From Octopus vulgaris (lineage: Eukaryota), in contig OX597841.1 of NCBI GenBank assembly GCA_951406725.2, forward strand, positions 8,618,001-8,682,000: 64,000 bases of DNA. Direction: 5' to 3'. Under the pieces are notes generated by a model. It did no database searches and was not told where the DNA came from. It worked only from the letters and a program-made list of their open reading frames with translations. A program made the position numbers and the translations under genes. Positions 38,564 through 52,300 of this stretch are shown here, piece by piece. Position 1 is the first letter of the stretch; every line of letters begins with the position of its first letter.

Positions 38564-41500
38564 TGATTGATTGATTGATTGATTGATTCTAGTTTCAGCT
38601 TATGAGCTGTGGCCATGCTGGGGCACCGCCATTTGGTGTTGCTACTTGGTTTTACTTCACGAAAGCTTTTTAGCAACTGCCATTTGGTGCATGAGAGAGT
38701 TCGATGCAGCTGCCCTCATCTGCACCTCCTGCCGTGAAGTTGGTTCATCTGGGACACCTGACAGGAAGAGATCCAGTTTCATTTTAAAGACATCTGCATC
38801 CACCCCATGCAGGTCTCTCAGGTTCTTCGGGAGGATATTGAAGAGCTGTGGGCCTCGGAAGCCCAGGCTATCACAGAATCTTGTCCTACATCTTGATGGC
38901 GAGTTTGGAGTCCTAGGCACCACGCAGTGGCGCCCAGTTCTGGCATTTGCGTAACTCTCGATGCCAAAGTTTAGGACACGTCCCTCCAGGATCTTCCAGA
39001 TGTATATTATGGCATATCTTTCCCGCCTACGCTCCAGGGAATACAGTTTTAATCTCTTCAGTCTTTCCCAGTAGCTTACATTCTGCATAGAGGCTATCTT
39101 CTTCGTGTAGCTACGTTGGATCGCCTCGAGCTCTGTGATCAACTTGACACTGGATGGTGACCATAACTGAGAGCAGTAGTCAAAGTGGCTTAGGACAAGT
39201 GTCCTCCAGAGGACCATCATGGTTTCTTGTTCTCTTGTTCTAAAGGTTCTGAGGATCCATCCGGCCAGTCTTCTACATTTCATTGCCAATTTAGCAACAT
39301 GTACACGAAAGGTCGCGTCATCACTCATGTAAATACCTAGGTCACGCACTGATTGTGCCTCTGGGATTGCTATTCCTCCGGGTCCGGTGTATTCATTGGG
39401 TATTGCATTTAGTTTTGCATGCTGATAGTATAGAGCTTGAAACTTTTCAGCATTGAACTGCATGCTATTCTTTTCAGCCCACTTGTATATTTTGTCCAGC
39501 TCACATTGCAGGTGCTTAGTGTCCTCAGGGTTCTGTATTGCCTGTGAAACTTTTGTATCATCTGCATAACTTGTGATCGTGGCTCTCTGCGTGGCTGAGG
39601 GCATGTCTGAGAGGGCCATTATGAACAGTAGTGGTCCCAGAACAGTGCCCTGCGGGACACCGCTCACTATTTGCGTGTTAATGGAAGTGGCCCCATTGGC
39701 TACTACCACCTGACTTCTATCTTTCAGAAAGTCATGGAGCCATTCTCCCAGTTTTCCAACTATGTTGAGATCACGCAGTTTGTGACATATCATTCCATGA
39801 TCGACTTTATCAAAGGCCTTTGCAAAGTCGAGATATATCACTTCCACATTTGAGTGGTTGAGCAGCCGTTTCAGCACCCAGTCATAGTGTTGTAGGAGCT
39901 GAGTCAAACAGCTTCTCCCTGGTCGGAAACCATGTTGGGTGTCGGGCAGCAAGTCATTCTCTTCAAGGAAGGTGATCATCTTCCTTCTGACTATTCGTTC
40001 CATGACCTTGCTGATGTGTGAGGTCAGAGAGATAGGTCTGTAGTTCTTGGCTTCCGCTCTGCTACCTCCTTTATGAATGGGGCATATTTTACCTTCCTTC
40101 AGTTTTCTTGGAAGTTTGCCAGCTGCAAGGAAGCTCTGAAAGAGGAACTGCAGTGGTCTTGCTAGGACTCTCTTACATGTTTTTAGGAGGATTGCCGGGA
40201 ATCCATCGGGGCCAGTAGCTGAGTCTGTTTTCATTTCATCTATAGCCTTGATTACATCGTCTTCCTTTATATCGATGTAATCTATCGTCGCCGCCTCTGA
40301 TTTTATATCTGCAGTGGTAAAAAAAGTCAGTTGGATTGGTGATTTGGAGATGCCCAAGGGGTGGAGTGAAAACACTCTTGAATTGCTCATTCAGTATTTC
40401 ACTTACCCTCATTGGTTTTCCTGTAAGTGTGCCATCCTTTTCGAGGAGTGGCCCTATTCTACAGTGCACCGTAGCTGTTTCTTTGGCATACATGTAGAAA
40501 GCTCTGGGGTTAGATTTTATGTTGTCTATAGCCCAGGCTTCTTTGTCTGCTCTTTCCTTTTCATGAGAGAGTTGCAGACATTTTTCGATTTCCAACAGTT
40601 TTATTTTTAGGCGGGACTTTTCACTGCTTTCAATCTGTTTGCTTAGGCGATTTGAAAATTTTGTACGCCGTCTCATTAAAATTTTCCTCTCTCTGGGGAT
40701 TTTGTTCTTGTGTACAGTGGCCTTTCTCTCTGGGACACATTTGTAGCATATGGCTTGCATTACAGACATGAATTGTTGAAGTTTCACGTCGATGTCTGGC
40801 GAGGAGAGACATTTAGGCCAGTTTTGTTTGAGGATCTCTTTCTCAATTTGTTTCCAGTTTGCCTTATGGTAGTTCAAGCTGGAAAGATTCTGAGGGTTTC
40901 TTGTAGGCTGCATGTCCGTGCTCTCTTTTGGCCCGTACTCTTTTGGTCAGCTCTATCATGTTGTGATCCGAGAGTAGTGTCGGTGTCACTTTCACATTAT
41001 GGATGAGATCCATGTCATTTGTGAAGCAGAGATCCAGTGTGTTACCTGCCCTGGTTGGTTGGAGTATTACCTGCTCCATGTACAGGGTGTTGATGAGGTT
41101 CAGGAGGGACCTCGCCTGTCCTCGTTCACATCTTGTCATTCCTGGGAGAGAAAGGCCCTCGGGCCATCTGACACTGGGCAGATTGAAGTCTCCCATAAGA
41201 AGTACACTTATGTGTTGTTCTAATGTGGTTAGAACTTCTTCTATTTTTATAAGGCAGTCTTCAAACTTGCCCACATGGCTTGGGGCATCTGGAGGGCGAT
41301 ATGTAGCACACACAACTACATCAAGTTGCCTAATATGTACAATTAGTGTGTCACACACCGAGTTTGAGTATGACAAGAGGACCTGGGGTGTGAGGTCCTC
41401 ACGGATGTACATAGCAACACCTCCATGACTCCTTTCTTTTCTGTCGGTCCGTAGTACAGCATACTGTGGTATGTGTAACTCCGCATCTGCTATGTCCGGT

Positions 41501-42337
41501 TTCAGGTGCGTTTCCGTAAGTGCTATGCATAAGGCTTGATTGCATGCAACAAAGTCTCTCAGGAACGGGATTTTTGTCCTGTTACTGAGGGTTTGCAGCC
41601 CTCTGATGTTCAGTAGGAGCATCGAGGTGAGGTGTACGTTGTTGCCGGCGGTGTCCATCCTGGGTCTGTTTGCTGTGGTGGTCTTGTATATAGTGGGTAG
41701 TCCCACCTGCGGGCTTGGGTTTGATGAAGCCAGGTCAGCTGCTGTACAATCTTTTGTGCCATGCACAAAAAAGATTGTTGCTCAGCAGCTGCCCTTTCGA
41801 CAACATCATGTTGGCGGTTTGTGGCATGCACAACATCTGCGTACCTCCGCTTTGGGGCAGGTGGTGCGTGGTCCATCCTTTTTCCTTGTGTTGATGGTTT
41901 GTCCATCTGCTTCGTGTCTCTGTGGCAGGGTCCCCGATGTGCAAAGCGGCAGCCTGCACCTTGCTTTCCATGCAAGCAGGAACCTCTCAGGTAGAACCTA
42001 CACACCCGTGTGCGCTGTTTGTTTCCATCTTTTGCGGTTCCACTTCTATTCCTGGTTGTTTCACCCTTTGGTCCTGCTTGAGCTTTTCCTTTAGCTCTTC
42101 CAGTCCTTCTTTTAGTTCTTCCTCCTCCCTCTACCTCTTCACCGGGTTCTCCGTCTCCATGGCCCTTGCTGCCGTTGGAGAACTTGCACCTGGGATCACT
42201 TCCCGGGCAGGTTTCTCACTCAAAACCTCCTCCCGGGAATCCACCAGGTGGGGGTGACTTCTTTCATCGTCTCCATTCTTGCCATCTTTGCCCCGCTCGT
42301 TCTCAAAGATGGCATCAAGTGCGCCAATGTGCGACCG
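38564..42337 (-). mobile_element. CR1-like LINE copy B (duplicate of copy A with the same ends)
   Basis: Same 5' truncation point and flanks as copy A; ORFs 40864-41766 (APE) and 38657-40390 (RT). Confidence 0.93.
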
Positions 42338-43871
42338 GTAACGGTTAAAAACATGGATGACACAGGCGCCCTATGACTTTAACACAAAAAGAGAGACACA
42401 AAAACAATATCAGCAAGCGTGGAAAAATAATTACCTTTTCGGTGTTAAGACACATGTTGAACAAGTGGCCGATGGAAAGAGAATGGCTGAGGCAGCAAGT
42501 CGCAAGAGGGTAAGAGAGAGGAGGTGCTAAGAGAGAGAGGGGACCAAGGAGGGTAGAAGGCGAGGACAGAAGCAGTGACCGAGAGAGAGAGAGGGAGAGA
42601 AGGAATCAGAGAAGAAGCAGTGATCAAGAGAGAGCGGGAGAGAAGGAATCAGAGAGGCTGGGAGAAAAAGGCGCCAAAACAATTTGGCAACGAAGCAATG
42701 GCGAAGGAAAGAAAATAGTTTAAAGACATCGTGCAGGGGTTTTGATATGATAAACATAAAGAAGTTATTATGCACGTACGCTGCGAAATATATAATAAAC
42801 CTTTACATAAATAACTAACGTGAAATACACGAAGGGACGAACAAAAAGACAAACGGGTCATTCAAAGCCTTCATCCTCAGTCAGAAACTGATCCCTCATC
42901 GCAGATTTCGGCTGTTTAATTCTGAGATCCGCTCCGAATCAGCCAGCCACAGAAGGAAAGAATGCAACGCAACAGAGACGAACATGAAACACACACACAC
43001 ATATATATACATACACACACACACATATATATACATACACACATACATATATATATATATGTATATAATAAACCTTTACATAAATAAATAATAATATATA
43101 TATATATATATATACATACACACACACATATATATACATACACACATACATATATATATATATGTATATAATAACTTTTAGATAAATAAATAATAACACA
43201 TATATATATATATATACACATACACACACACATATATATACATGCACACACAAACATATATACATACACACACACACACATATATACATACACACATACA
43301 TATATATATATATGTATATAATAACTTTTAGATAAATAAATAATAACACATATATATATATATATACACATACACACACACATATATATACATACACACA
43401 TACATATATATATATATGTATATAATAAACCTTTAGATAAATAAATAATAACATATATATATATATATACACACACACACATATATATATATATGTATAT
43501 AATAAGCCTTTAGATAAATAAATAATAACATATATATATATATATACATACACACACGCATATATACACATACACACACACATATATATACATGCACACA
43601 CACACATATATATACATACACACACACATATATACATACACACACACAAACACACATATATATACTTACACACACACACACACATATATATATACATACA
43701 CACACACAAACACACATATATACATACACACACATATATATACATACACACACACATACATATATACATACACACACACATATATACATACACACACACA
43801 CATATATATATATACATACACACACACATATATATATACATACACACATATATATATATACACATATATAT

Positions 43872-43902
<31 letters not shown>

Positions 43903-44173
43903 CATACATACACATATATATATATATATATATATAATATATATATATATATATAATAAACATTTACATAAATAAATAACGTGAAATACACGAAGGGACG
44001 AACAAAAAGACAAACGGGTCATTCAAAGCCTTCATTCTTCAGTCAGAAACTGATCCCTCATCGCAGATTTCGGCCGTTCAATTCTGAGATCCGCTCCGAA
44101 TCAGCCAGCCACAGAAGGAAAGAATGCAACGCAACAGAGACGAACATGAAACGAAAAATCTCTTTTGGAGACA

Positions 44174-44485
44174 TGATTGATTGATTGATTGATTGATTCT
44201 AGTTTCAGCTTATGAGCTGTGGCCATGCTGGGGCACCGCCATTTGGTGTTGCTACTTGGTTTTACTTAACGAAAGCTTTTTTGCAACTGCCATTTGGTGC
44301 ATGAGAGAGTTCGATGCAGCTGCCCTCATCTGCACCTCCTGCCGTGACGTTGGTTCATCTGGGACACCTGACAGGAAGAGATCCAGTTTCATTTTAAAGA
44401 CATGTGCATCCACCCCATGCAGGTCTCTAAGGTTCTTCGGGAGGATATTGAAGAGCTGTGGGCCTCGGAAGCCGAGGCTATCACA
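44174..44485 (-). mobile_element. CR1-like LINE copy C, 3' end only, cut off by LTR-element sequence
   Basis: Matches 38564-38875, then switches at CAC to protease-region sequence. Confidence 0.9.
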
Positions 44486-46608
44486 CTGCTTCCTCCACTC
44501 CACGCGGAGTGGAGGAAGCAGTGTTAGGGCAGTCGACGGAAGGGAAGTGCACGTGGAGTGGAGTAAGCAGTGTTAGGGCAGTCGACGGAAGAGAAGTGCA
44601 CTGCGAAGTGGTTACCGATGCGCAGATTGTGGTGCAGGGACTACAGCTGATGTTGCGAGAAATTGTGGTTGGTCACTTGGTGGACGAGATTGACGTGGTG
44701 ATGGGGATGGATGCAATCACCCGCTTTGGAGCTGTCACCGTCAACGAGGCTGGCGTCACGTTTGGGTTAGCGGGGAAACCGTGTAGGGCGAGACCACGCA
44801 CCGACGACAAGCGTGAGGTAAAGGATGCGGCGCACACCATTGAAGACCAGGATTTTCGGGCTGTCTTTGATGGCAAGAGGTGGACAGTGGAGTGGCACTG
44901 GAAGGGAGAGCCCCCGATGTTAAAGAATAAAGTGGGCTGCTATCAGCATACTCTAAAAGGAGATGCCAGAAGTGAGTTCGAGGGGGAAGTGGAGCGGTGG
45001 ATTAAGGAGGGCATACTGATCCCTTGGGAAAAAGAAGAGAGCGGAGTCCTGCCACTGATGGCGGTGATACAGCCCACAAAGCATAAGGTCAGGCCAGTGC
45101 TTGACTTCCGAGAGCTGAATCACCACGTGTTGTGTCATACAGGCGGCGAGGCCACGTATGTCTGCGGAGACACCTTGCGAGAGTGGAGGCAGACGACGGG
45201 GGCCTCCACGATTGTCGATTTGAAGTCGGCATACCTACAGGTGCATGTGGCTGAGAAATTATGGAAGTACAAGCTCGTCCACCAAGTGACCAACCACAAT
45301 TTCTCGCAACATCAGCTGTAGTCCCTGCACCACAATCTGCGCATCGGTAACCCCTTCGCAGTGCACTTCTCTTCCGTCAACTGCCCTAACACTGCTTCCT
45401 CCACTCCACGTCTCTGCCACTTCTGTGGTCATCAGAGTCGTCGTACAGCCCGCGTCCACCAGGGCTCGCGACATCTTCCCCTTCACCAGAATGTCGACCA
45501 CAGGTAACGATGATAAACGCGCCGCTACTAATCCAAAGGGATAACTACCGGTGCAGTAGTCTCCCGCGGTCCGTTTCCCCGCAGACACTCGCTGGCTACA
45601 TGCCCTGGCTCTCGACACCGGTAGCAAACCACCTCTCGCTTGGGCGACGCGCAGTCGCGGACCATGTGTGGGCCTTGGCACCGGAAACACTGTCCTTTGA
45701 ACGATCGCACGCGTTCTTTCCTCAGCCCCTCTCCGTTGCTCCTAGCTGGGCCACTTTTCGACGTTACAGTCGCTGCTACCGACGTCAACCTGCTGCACGA
45801 AACCAGTACACGTGCCCGCGATATGATATCGGCCATCGGCATCGAACGCACGTTCGGGAGCTTCTGTAGCTCGACCGACATGATGTCGGGAAAGCCGGTC
45901 ACGAACGCTAACCTAACCGTCCGTTCTAGCGACTCTCCCTCATATCCCGCCAGTTTAGCCAACCTTCTAATCTCACCGGCGAACACGTCCACCTGTTGTC
46001 CGGTCCATCTCATTCTACCCAGCCGAGCGTACGCTTCAAATATTCCTTCCGCGAAGGGCTCCATAAGTCAGATCTCCACTTTATCTTCGCTGAGTTGGTC
46101 CGTCTCCTCCATCTCTAAATATAACGCCAAGGCCGGGCCATCCAAATACAACGGCATAAAACTAGCCAGGTCAGCTATACTGTGGAGCTTCGCCACCAAC
46201 TTTACCCTCTTCAACCAAGCGACCACATCGGTGTCGCCGCAAAACGGTGTTATAGGCTCGCGTGAAACCATAGCACTCTGCATAATTTTCTACTTTTTAT
46301 TTTTTACGAAACCGAATGATTATTTGCCGAAATAGCTTGTAGTATGAAAAGAGTACAACAGAACAAGGAAAGGAATGGAAATGTAATTGGGTCTTACCTG
46401 GCCGGAGATGAACTCGGATCGCCTTTAGCCAACTCGCTCGCGTCGTGTCTTCTCGGTGTCTTCGTCGTGTCTGGCGCAACTGGTCAATGCCGCACGTGCG
46501 TTCTGTCTGTCACTTCCGCTTCCGCTCGCGCATGCGCCCTGCAAGACCTGCAAGCCCCATTTCCGCTCCCCCCCCCATTCCGTCACACTCCTTCACCATC
46601 ACACCACA
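44483..46608 (-). mobile_element. Rearranged LTR retrotransposon (family 2): 5' LTR, gag and protease on minus strand; inverted protease-RT block 44506-45279 on plus strand
   Basis: LTR 46338-46608 (TG..CA); gag with two zinc knuckles (45528-46283, one frameshift); ALVDAGC; plus-strand VRPVLDFRELN and VDLKSAYLQ. Confidence 0.88.
46326..46337 (-). promoter_or_regulatory. Primer-binding site complementary to tRNA-Phe nt 1-12
   Basis: Plus strand reads GCCGAAATAGCT, abutting the LTR end (TGTAGT at 46338). Confidence 0.75.
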
Positions 46609-46650
46609 TATACAAGCATATACATACGTGCTTACATAATACATATATGC

Positions 46651-46870
46651 ATTTCTTTACTACCCACAAGGGGCTAAACACAGAGGGGACAAACAAGGAC
46701 AGACAAACGGATTAAGTCGATTATATCGCCCCCAGTGCGTAACTGGTACTTAATTTATCGACTCCGAAAGGATGAAAGGCAAAGTCGACCTCGGTGGAAT
46801 TTAAACTCAGAACGTAACGGCAGACGAAATACGGATATGCATTTCGCCCGGCCTGCTAACGTTTCTGCCA
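46651..46870 (-). mobile_element. tRNA-derived SINE (same family as 60231 and 62893)
   Basis: ATTTCTTTACTACCCACAAGGGGCTAAAC...AAAGTCGACCTCGG.GGAATTT.AACTCAG. Confidence 0.85.
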
Positions 46871-46942
46871 CGCATATCATCTTGGTAGTCTACACACATG
46901 CACAGAAGCAGACGCAACAAAACGCGCCTGCGAGCGCGCATG

Positions 46943-48885
46943 CACTGACACACACAGCAATCAAACACACACTGACACACACAGCAATCAAACACACACT
47001 GACACACACAGCAATCAAACACACACTGACACACACAGCAATCAAACACACACTGACACACACAGCAATCAAACACACACTGACACACACAGCAATCAAA
47101 CACACACTGACACACACAGCAATCAAACACACACTGACACACACAGCAATCAAACACACACTGACACACACAGCAATCAAACACACACTGACACACACAG
47201 CAATCAAACACACACTGACACACACAGCAATCAAACACACACTGACACACACAGCAATCAAACACACACTGACACACACAGCAATCAAACACACACTGAC
47301 ACACACAGCAATCAAACACACACTGACACACACAGCAATCAAACACACACTGACACACACAGCAATCAAACACACACTGACACACACAGCAATCAAACAC
47401 ACACTGACACACACAGCAATCAAACACACACTGACACACACAGCAATCAAACACACACTGACACACACAGCAATCAAACACACACTGACACACACAGCAA
47501 TCAAACACACACTGACACACACAGCAATCAAACACACACTGACACACACAGCAATCAAACACACACTGACACACACAGCAATCAAACACACACTGACACA
47601 CACAGCAATCAAACACACACTGACACACACAGCAATCAAACACACACTGACACACACAGCAATCAAACACACACTGACACACACAGCAATCAAACACACA
47701 CTGACACACACAGCAATCAAACACACACAGCAATCAAACACACACTGACACACACAGCAATCAAACACACACTGACACACACAGCAATCAAACACACACT
47801 GACACACACAGCAATCAAACACACACTGACACACACAGCAATCAAACACACACTGACACACACAGCAATCAAACACACACTGACACACACAGCAATCAAA
47901 CACACACTGACACACACAGCAATCAAACACACACTGACACACACAGCAATCAAACACACACTGACACACACAGCAATCAAACACACACTGACACACACAG
48001 CAATCAAACACACACTGACACACACAGCAATCAAACACACACTGACACACACAGCAATCAAACACACACTGACACACACAGCAATCAAACACACACTGAC
48101 ACACACAGCAATCAAACACACACTGACACACACAGCAATCAAACACACACTGACCACACAACAATGACACACTCACACATCAGCAATCAAACACACACTG
48201 ACACACACAGCAATCAAACACACACTGACACACACAGCAATCAAACACACAAACACACACTGACACACACAGCAATCAAACACACACTGACACACACAGC
48301 AATCAAACACACACTGACACACACAGCAATCAAACACACACTGACACACACAGCAATCAAACACACACTGACACACACAGCAATCAAACACACACTGACA
48401 CACACAGCAATCAAACACACACTGACACACACAGCAATCAAACACACACTGACACACACAGCAATCAAACACACACTGACACACACAGCAATCAAACACA
48501 CACTGACACACACAGCAATCAAACACACACTGACACACACAGCAATCAAACACACACTGACACACACAGCAATCAAACACACACTGACACACACAGCAAT
48601 CAAACACACACAGCAATCAAACACACACTGACACACACAGCAATCAAACACACACTGACACACACAGCAATCAAACACACACTGACACACACAGCAATCA
48701 AACACACACTGACACACACAGCAATCAAACACACACTGACACACACAGCAATCAAACACACACTGACACACACAGCAATCAAACACACACTGACACACAC
48801 AGCAATCAAACACACACTGACTCACACACAATCAAACACACACAGCAATCAAACACACACTGACACACACAGCAATCAAACACAC
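46943..48885. repeat. 27-bp minisatellite (ACTGACACACACAGCAATCAAACACAC), ~70 copies
   Basis: Direct reading; the 9-aa periodicity HTLTHTAIK confirms the 27-bp unit. Confidence 0.97.
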
Positions 48886-49242
48886 GTTAGTAGATTGACT
48901 CAAAATGCGTGTCTGGCGGGATGATGAAGACAGAGAGATAGAGAATGACTGAAGGAGACCAATAGATACTCACATCTACACACACACAAGCACAAACACA
49001 CACGCACACATACACACTCACAACAAACATACACGTACTCACGCACACATACACACACTTACAACAGACATACACACTCACGCACACACATCAAACACAA
49101 ACACACACGCACGCATACACACTCACAAGAAACACACACACACACACATACACACTCACACACACACACGCACACACACATTTGCAACCGATGTTTTATG
49201 TGTTCTTATGATTGCAACAATAGTGGTAAGTATAAGCGGAAT

Positions 49243-49329
49243 AGTGGAGGCACATAACCTAGTGGTTAGAACAGCGGACTCGCGGTCGAGAATTCGCGGG
49301 TTCGAATCTCAGACCGGGGGATGTGTGTG
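49243..49329 (+). mobile_element. 5' head of a tRNA-derived SINE split by the LTR insertion (3' part at 57396-57625)
   Basis: A box TAACCTAGTGG, B box GTTCGAATCTC; the putative SINE body resumes after 57390; GTGTG is duplicated at 49325-49329 and 57391-57395. Confidence 0.75.
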
Positions 49330-52300
49330 TGTAGTGTGAACGGTGAAAAGAGTACAACAGAAAAAGGGAGAATGGAAATGTAATTGGGTCTTACCTCGTC
49401 GGAGATGAACTTGGATCGCTTTTAGCCAACTCGCTCGTCTGGTCCCTTCGTCCTGTCTTCCGCAACTCCTCAATGCTGCACGTGCGTTCTGCCTGTCACT
49501 TCCGCTTCCTCCGGCGCATGCGCCCTGCAAACCCTGCAAGCCCCACTTCCGCTCTCCCCCATCCGCCACACTCCTTCACCACACACCACACGCCCCCCTG
49601 ATCTACAGATCACTGAACCGGCTTCCTCACTCACTCCCGCACCTGAAACTGGTTTCATAATCAGCCAACCAGGGAGGAGGGTGCCGCTCCCTCTGTGGTC
49701 GCAGTGCGACCCTAGGACTTGTACCTGGCGTGTTGCTGCCGACCTCGTCATCCTGTCTGTTGTTTTCGTCTTGCCCACTGCTGCTGGCCCCATCCTCTGG
49801 GGCATGGACAATCCTCCGTATGTCCAAAACGTGGCGTGGTATACCATCAACCGAGATGTTATTCTTTGAATTTACGGAGGTTATTGTCCCCTTTCCCCAT
49901 TGCGATGTACACCGTGCGTTTGGGGGTTTTATCCAGACTTCCTCCCCGACCTGCACGAAGGCGTGCTCTTCCTCTGCCCCGGGTCGCTTTGATGTAGTAC
50001 ACGGATGCCTCCACTCGTACCTGAATATTGCCCTGTGTGGCACCGACTCCTCAGCCTGTCCTGATCTGGGCGGCATATTGTACCAAAACACGGCCTCGAC
50101 TGGTGAAATGTGACCCCTCTCTGCCATGGCCTTGATGGTACGATGATGCCTTTCCACCACCCCGTTTCCACTTGGCCGGTATGCCGCCCTGAAGAAGCGG
50201 TTGACCTTCCACACATCAAGCATTTCTCTCAGCACATCCGAGCGAAATGCAGTGCCGTTGTCCAGAAGCAGTTCATCCACGGGGCCTCGTTCCAGGAATA
50301 TCTCATTCAACACTTTCACAATTTCTTCTGCGGTCCCCGACTTCATCTCCCTTCACCCGCCCCGGTCTGCAGTCAATCATTGAGAGGTATGTCCCCTGCC
50401 GGTAGTGTGTTATGTCCACCGCCAGTCGTCTCCAGTCCTGGTCCACTGGAATACTTCCCGCTTCATGCACGACCGGAGCAGGGTCGATGGACTGGCACCT
50501 GTCACAACTGCTAACCACTCTCTGCACGCTCTGTCTTGTCACGTCGGAGTCAACTTTTCTGGCTAGGAACAATGTCCTGTCCACACCCATGTGATGCATG
50601 GTGTGTAGTCTCCGTAACTCCGAGTCGCTCAGACGGCATACTGCAGCTACATCCTGCTTCGCATTCCTCTGGCACCTTCAACCAGGCTCGCTTTACCCTG
50701 GTCAGGACGTCTGCCCTGTTCTTCTCAGAAGGCACAAAGATCACGCTCAGCTTCAGATTGAACTCAGTGGTTAGTTCACGCAGTATTCCTAATCGACGCT
50801 TTACCAGGATCTCTGCAGCCCCTTTGGTCCGCACCCTCCTCTCATCGGTGATGACTGCTGTCGCCCAACCAAGTACAGTGGCCGAATCAGTCCTGATTTC
50901 TATGGTGTGCAACCCCCACTTCAAGGCTAGGTTCACCCCCTTCAGCACGGCATCCAACTCCGCCACGTTGATGTGATTGCAGTCATCCATCTTCCTGAGC
51001 CAGGCCGCATCTTCCACCGTGACACCTCCCACTTCCAAGACGACCTATTGCGATGCTACTGGCGTCACACCATACGATCCCGCTCTTTGATTTGGGAACA
51101 TACCAGCTGCCCCTCACCGGGTCCTCTGCTCCTACTCTGACCAAGACTTCCTGCATCATGTCGATTGTCCTCTCCCCCACTTTATCATTCCACTTCACTC
51201 CTTCGGCTCGTCTCTTGATGAAGCTACATGCTGTCTGGAGCCAGCCTGCAATCGGGTAGTGTCCCACCAGCTTCCCACACACAGAGAACAGTTCCCGTCT
51301 ACTCATGCTGGCGCCCAGTTCAGGGACCTCATTCCCTCGCCGGAACACCAAGGCGCCGGCCTTGTCTCTCCATAGCTTGAGGCCCAGTGCAACACCTCCC
51401 TCCATTGCCACAATTGCTCGCAACGTCAGCTGTAGTCCCTGCACCACAATCTGCGCATCCGTAACCCCTTCGCAGTGCACTTCTCTTCCGTCGACTGCCC
51501 TAACACTGCTTCCTCCACTCCACGTGGAGTGGAGGAAGCAGTGTTAGGGCAGTCGACGGAAGAGAAGTGCACTGCGAAGGGGTTGGAGTGGAGGAAGCAG
51601 TGTTAGGGCAGTCGACGGAAGAGAAGTGCACTGCGAAGGGGTTACGGATGCGCAGATTGTGGTGCAGGGACTACAGCTGACGTTGCGAGCAATTGTGGTT
51701 GGTCACTTGGTGGACGAGATTGACGTGGTGATGGGGATGGATGCAATCACCCGCTTTGGAGCTGTCACCGTCAACGAGGCTGGCGTAACGTTTGGGTTAG
51801 CGGGGAAACCGTGTAGGGCGAGACCACGCACCGACGACAACCGTGAGGAAAAGGATGCGGCGCACACCATTGAAGACCAGGATTTTCGGGTTGTCTTTGA
51901 TGGCAAGAGGTGGACAGTGGAGTGGCACTGGAAGGGAGAGCCCCCGATGTTAAAGAATAAAGTGGGCTGCTAGCAGCATACTCTAAAAGGAGATGCCAGA
52001 AGTGAGTTCGAGGGGGAAGTGGAGCGGTGGATTAAGGAGGGCATACTGATCCCTTGGGAAAAAGAAGAGAGCGGAGTCCTGCCACTGATGGCGGTGATAC
52101 AGCCCACAAAGCATAAGGTCAGGCCAGTGCTTGACTTCCGAGAGCTGAATGACCACGTGTCGTGTCATACAGGCGGCGAGGCCACAGATGTCTGCGGAGA
52201 CACCTTGCGAGAGTGGAGGCAGACGACGGGGGCCTCCACGATTGTCGATTTAAAGTCGGCATACCTACAGGTGCATGTGGTTGAGAAATTATGGAAGTAC

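Larger units (their letters stand above)
28300..44485. repeat. Macro-tandem array of 4 units [~650-bp unique block + CA/TA minisatellite + ~200-bp repeat of the block end +/- CR1 LINE]
   Basis: Unit starts (GTAACGGTTAAAAAC) at 30980, 36668 and 42338. The ~200-bp sub-block occurs 8 times (~28346, 30761, 31434, 32676, 37125, 38346, 42795, 43956). Confidence 0.9.

Noticed and set aside
46735-48831. Cys-rich/HTLTHTAIK ORFs, or a CRISPR-like array
   Set aside because: 27-bp tandem minisatellite with no unique spacers and no cas genes; eukaryotic context.
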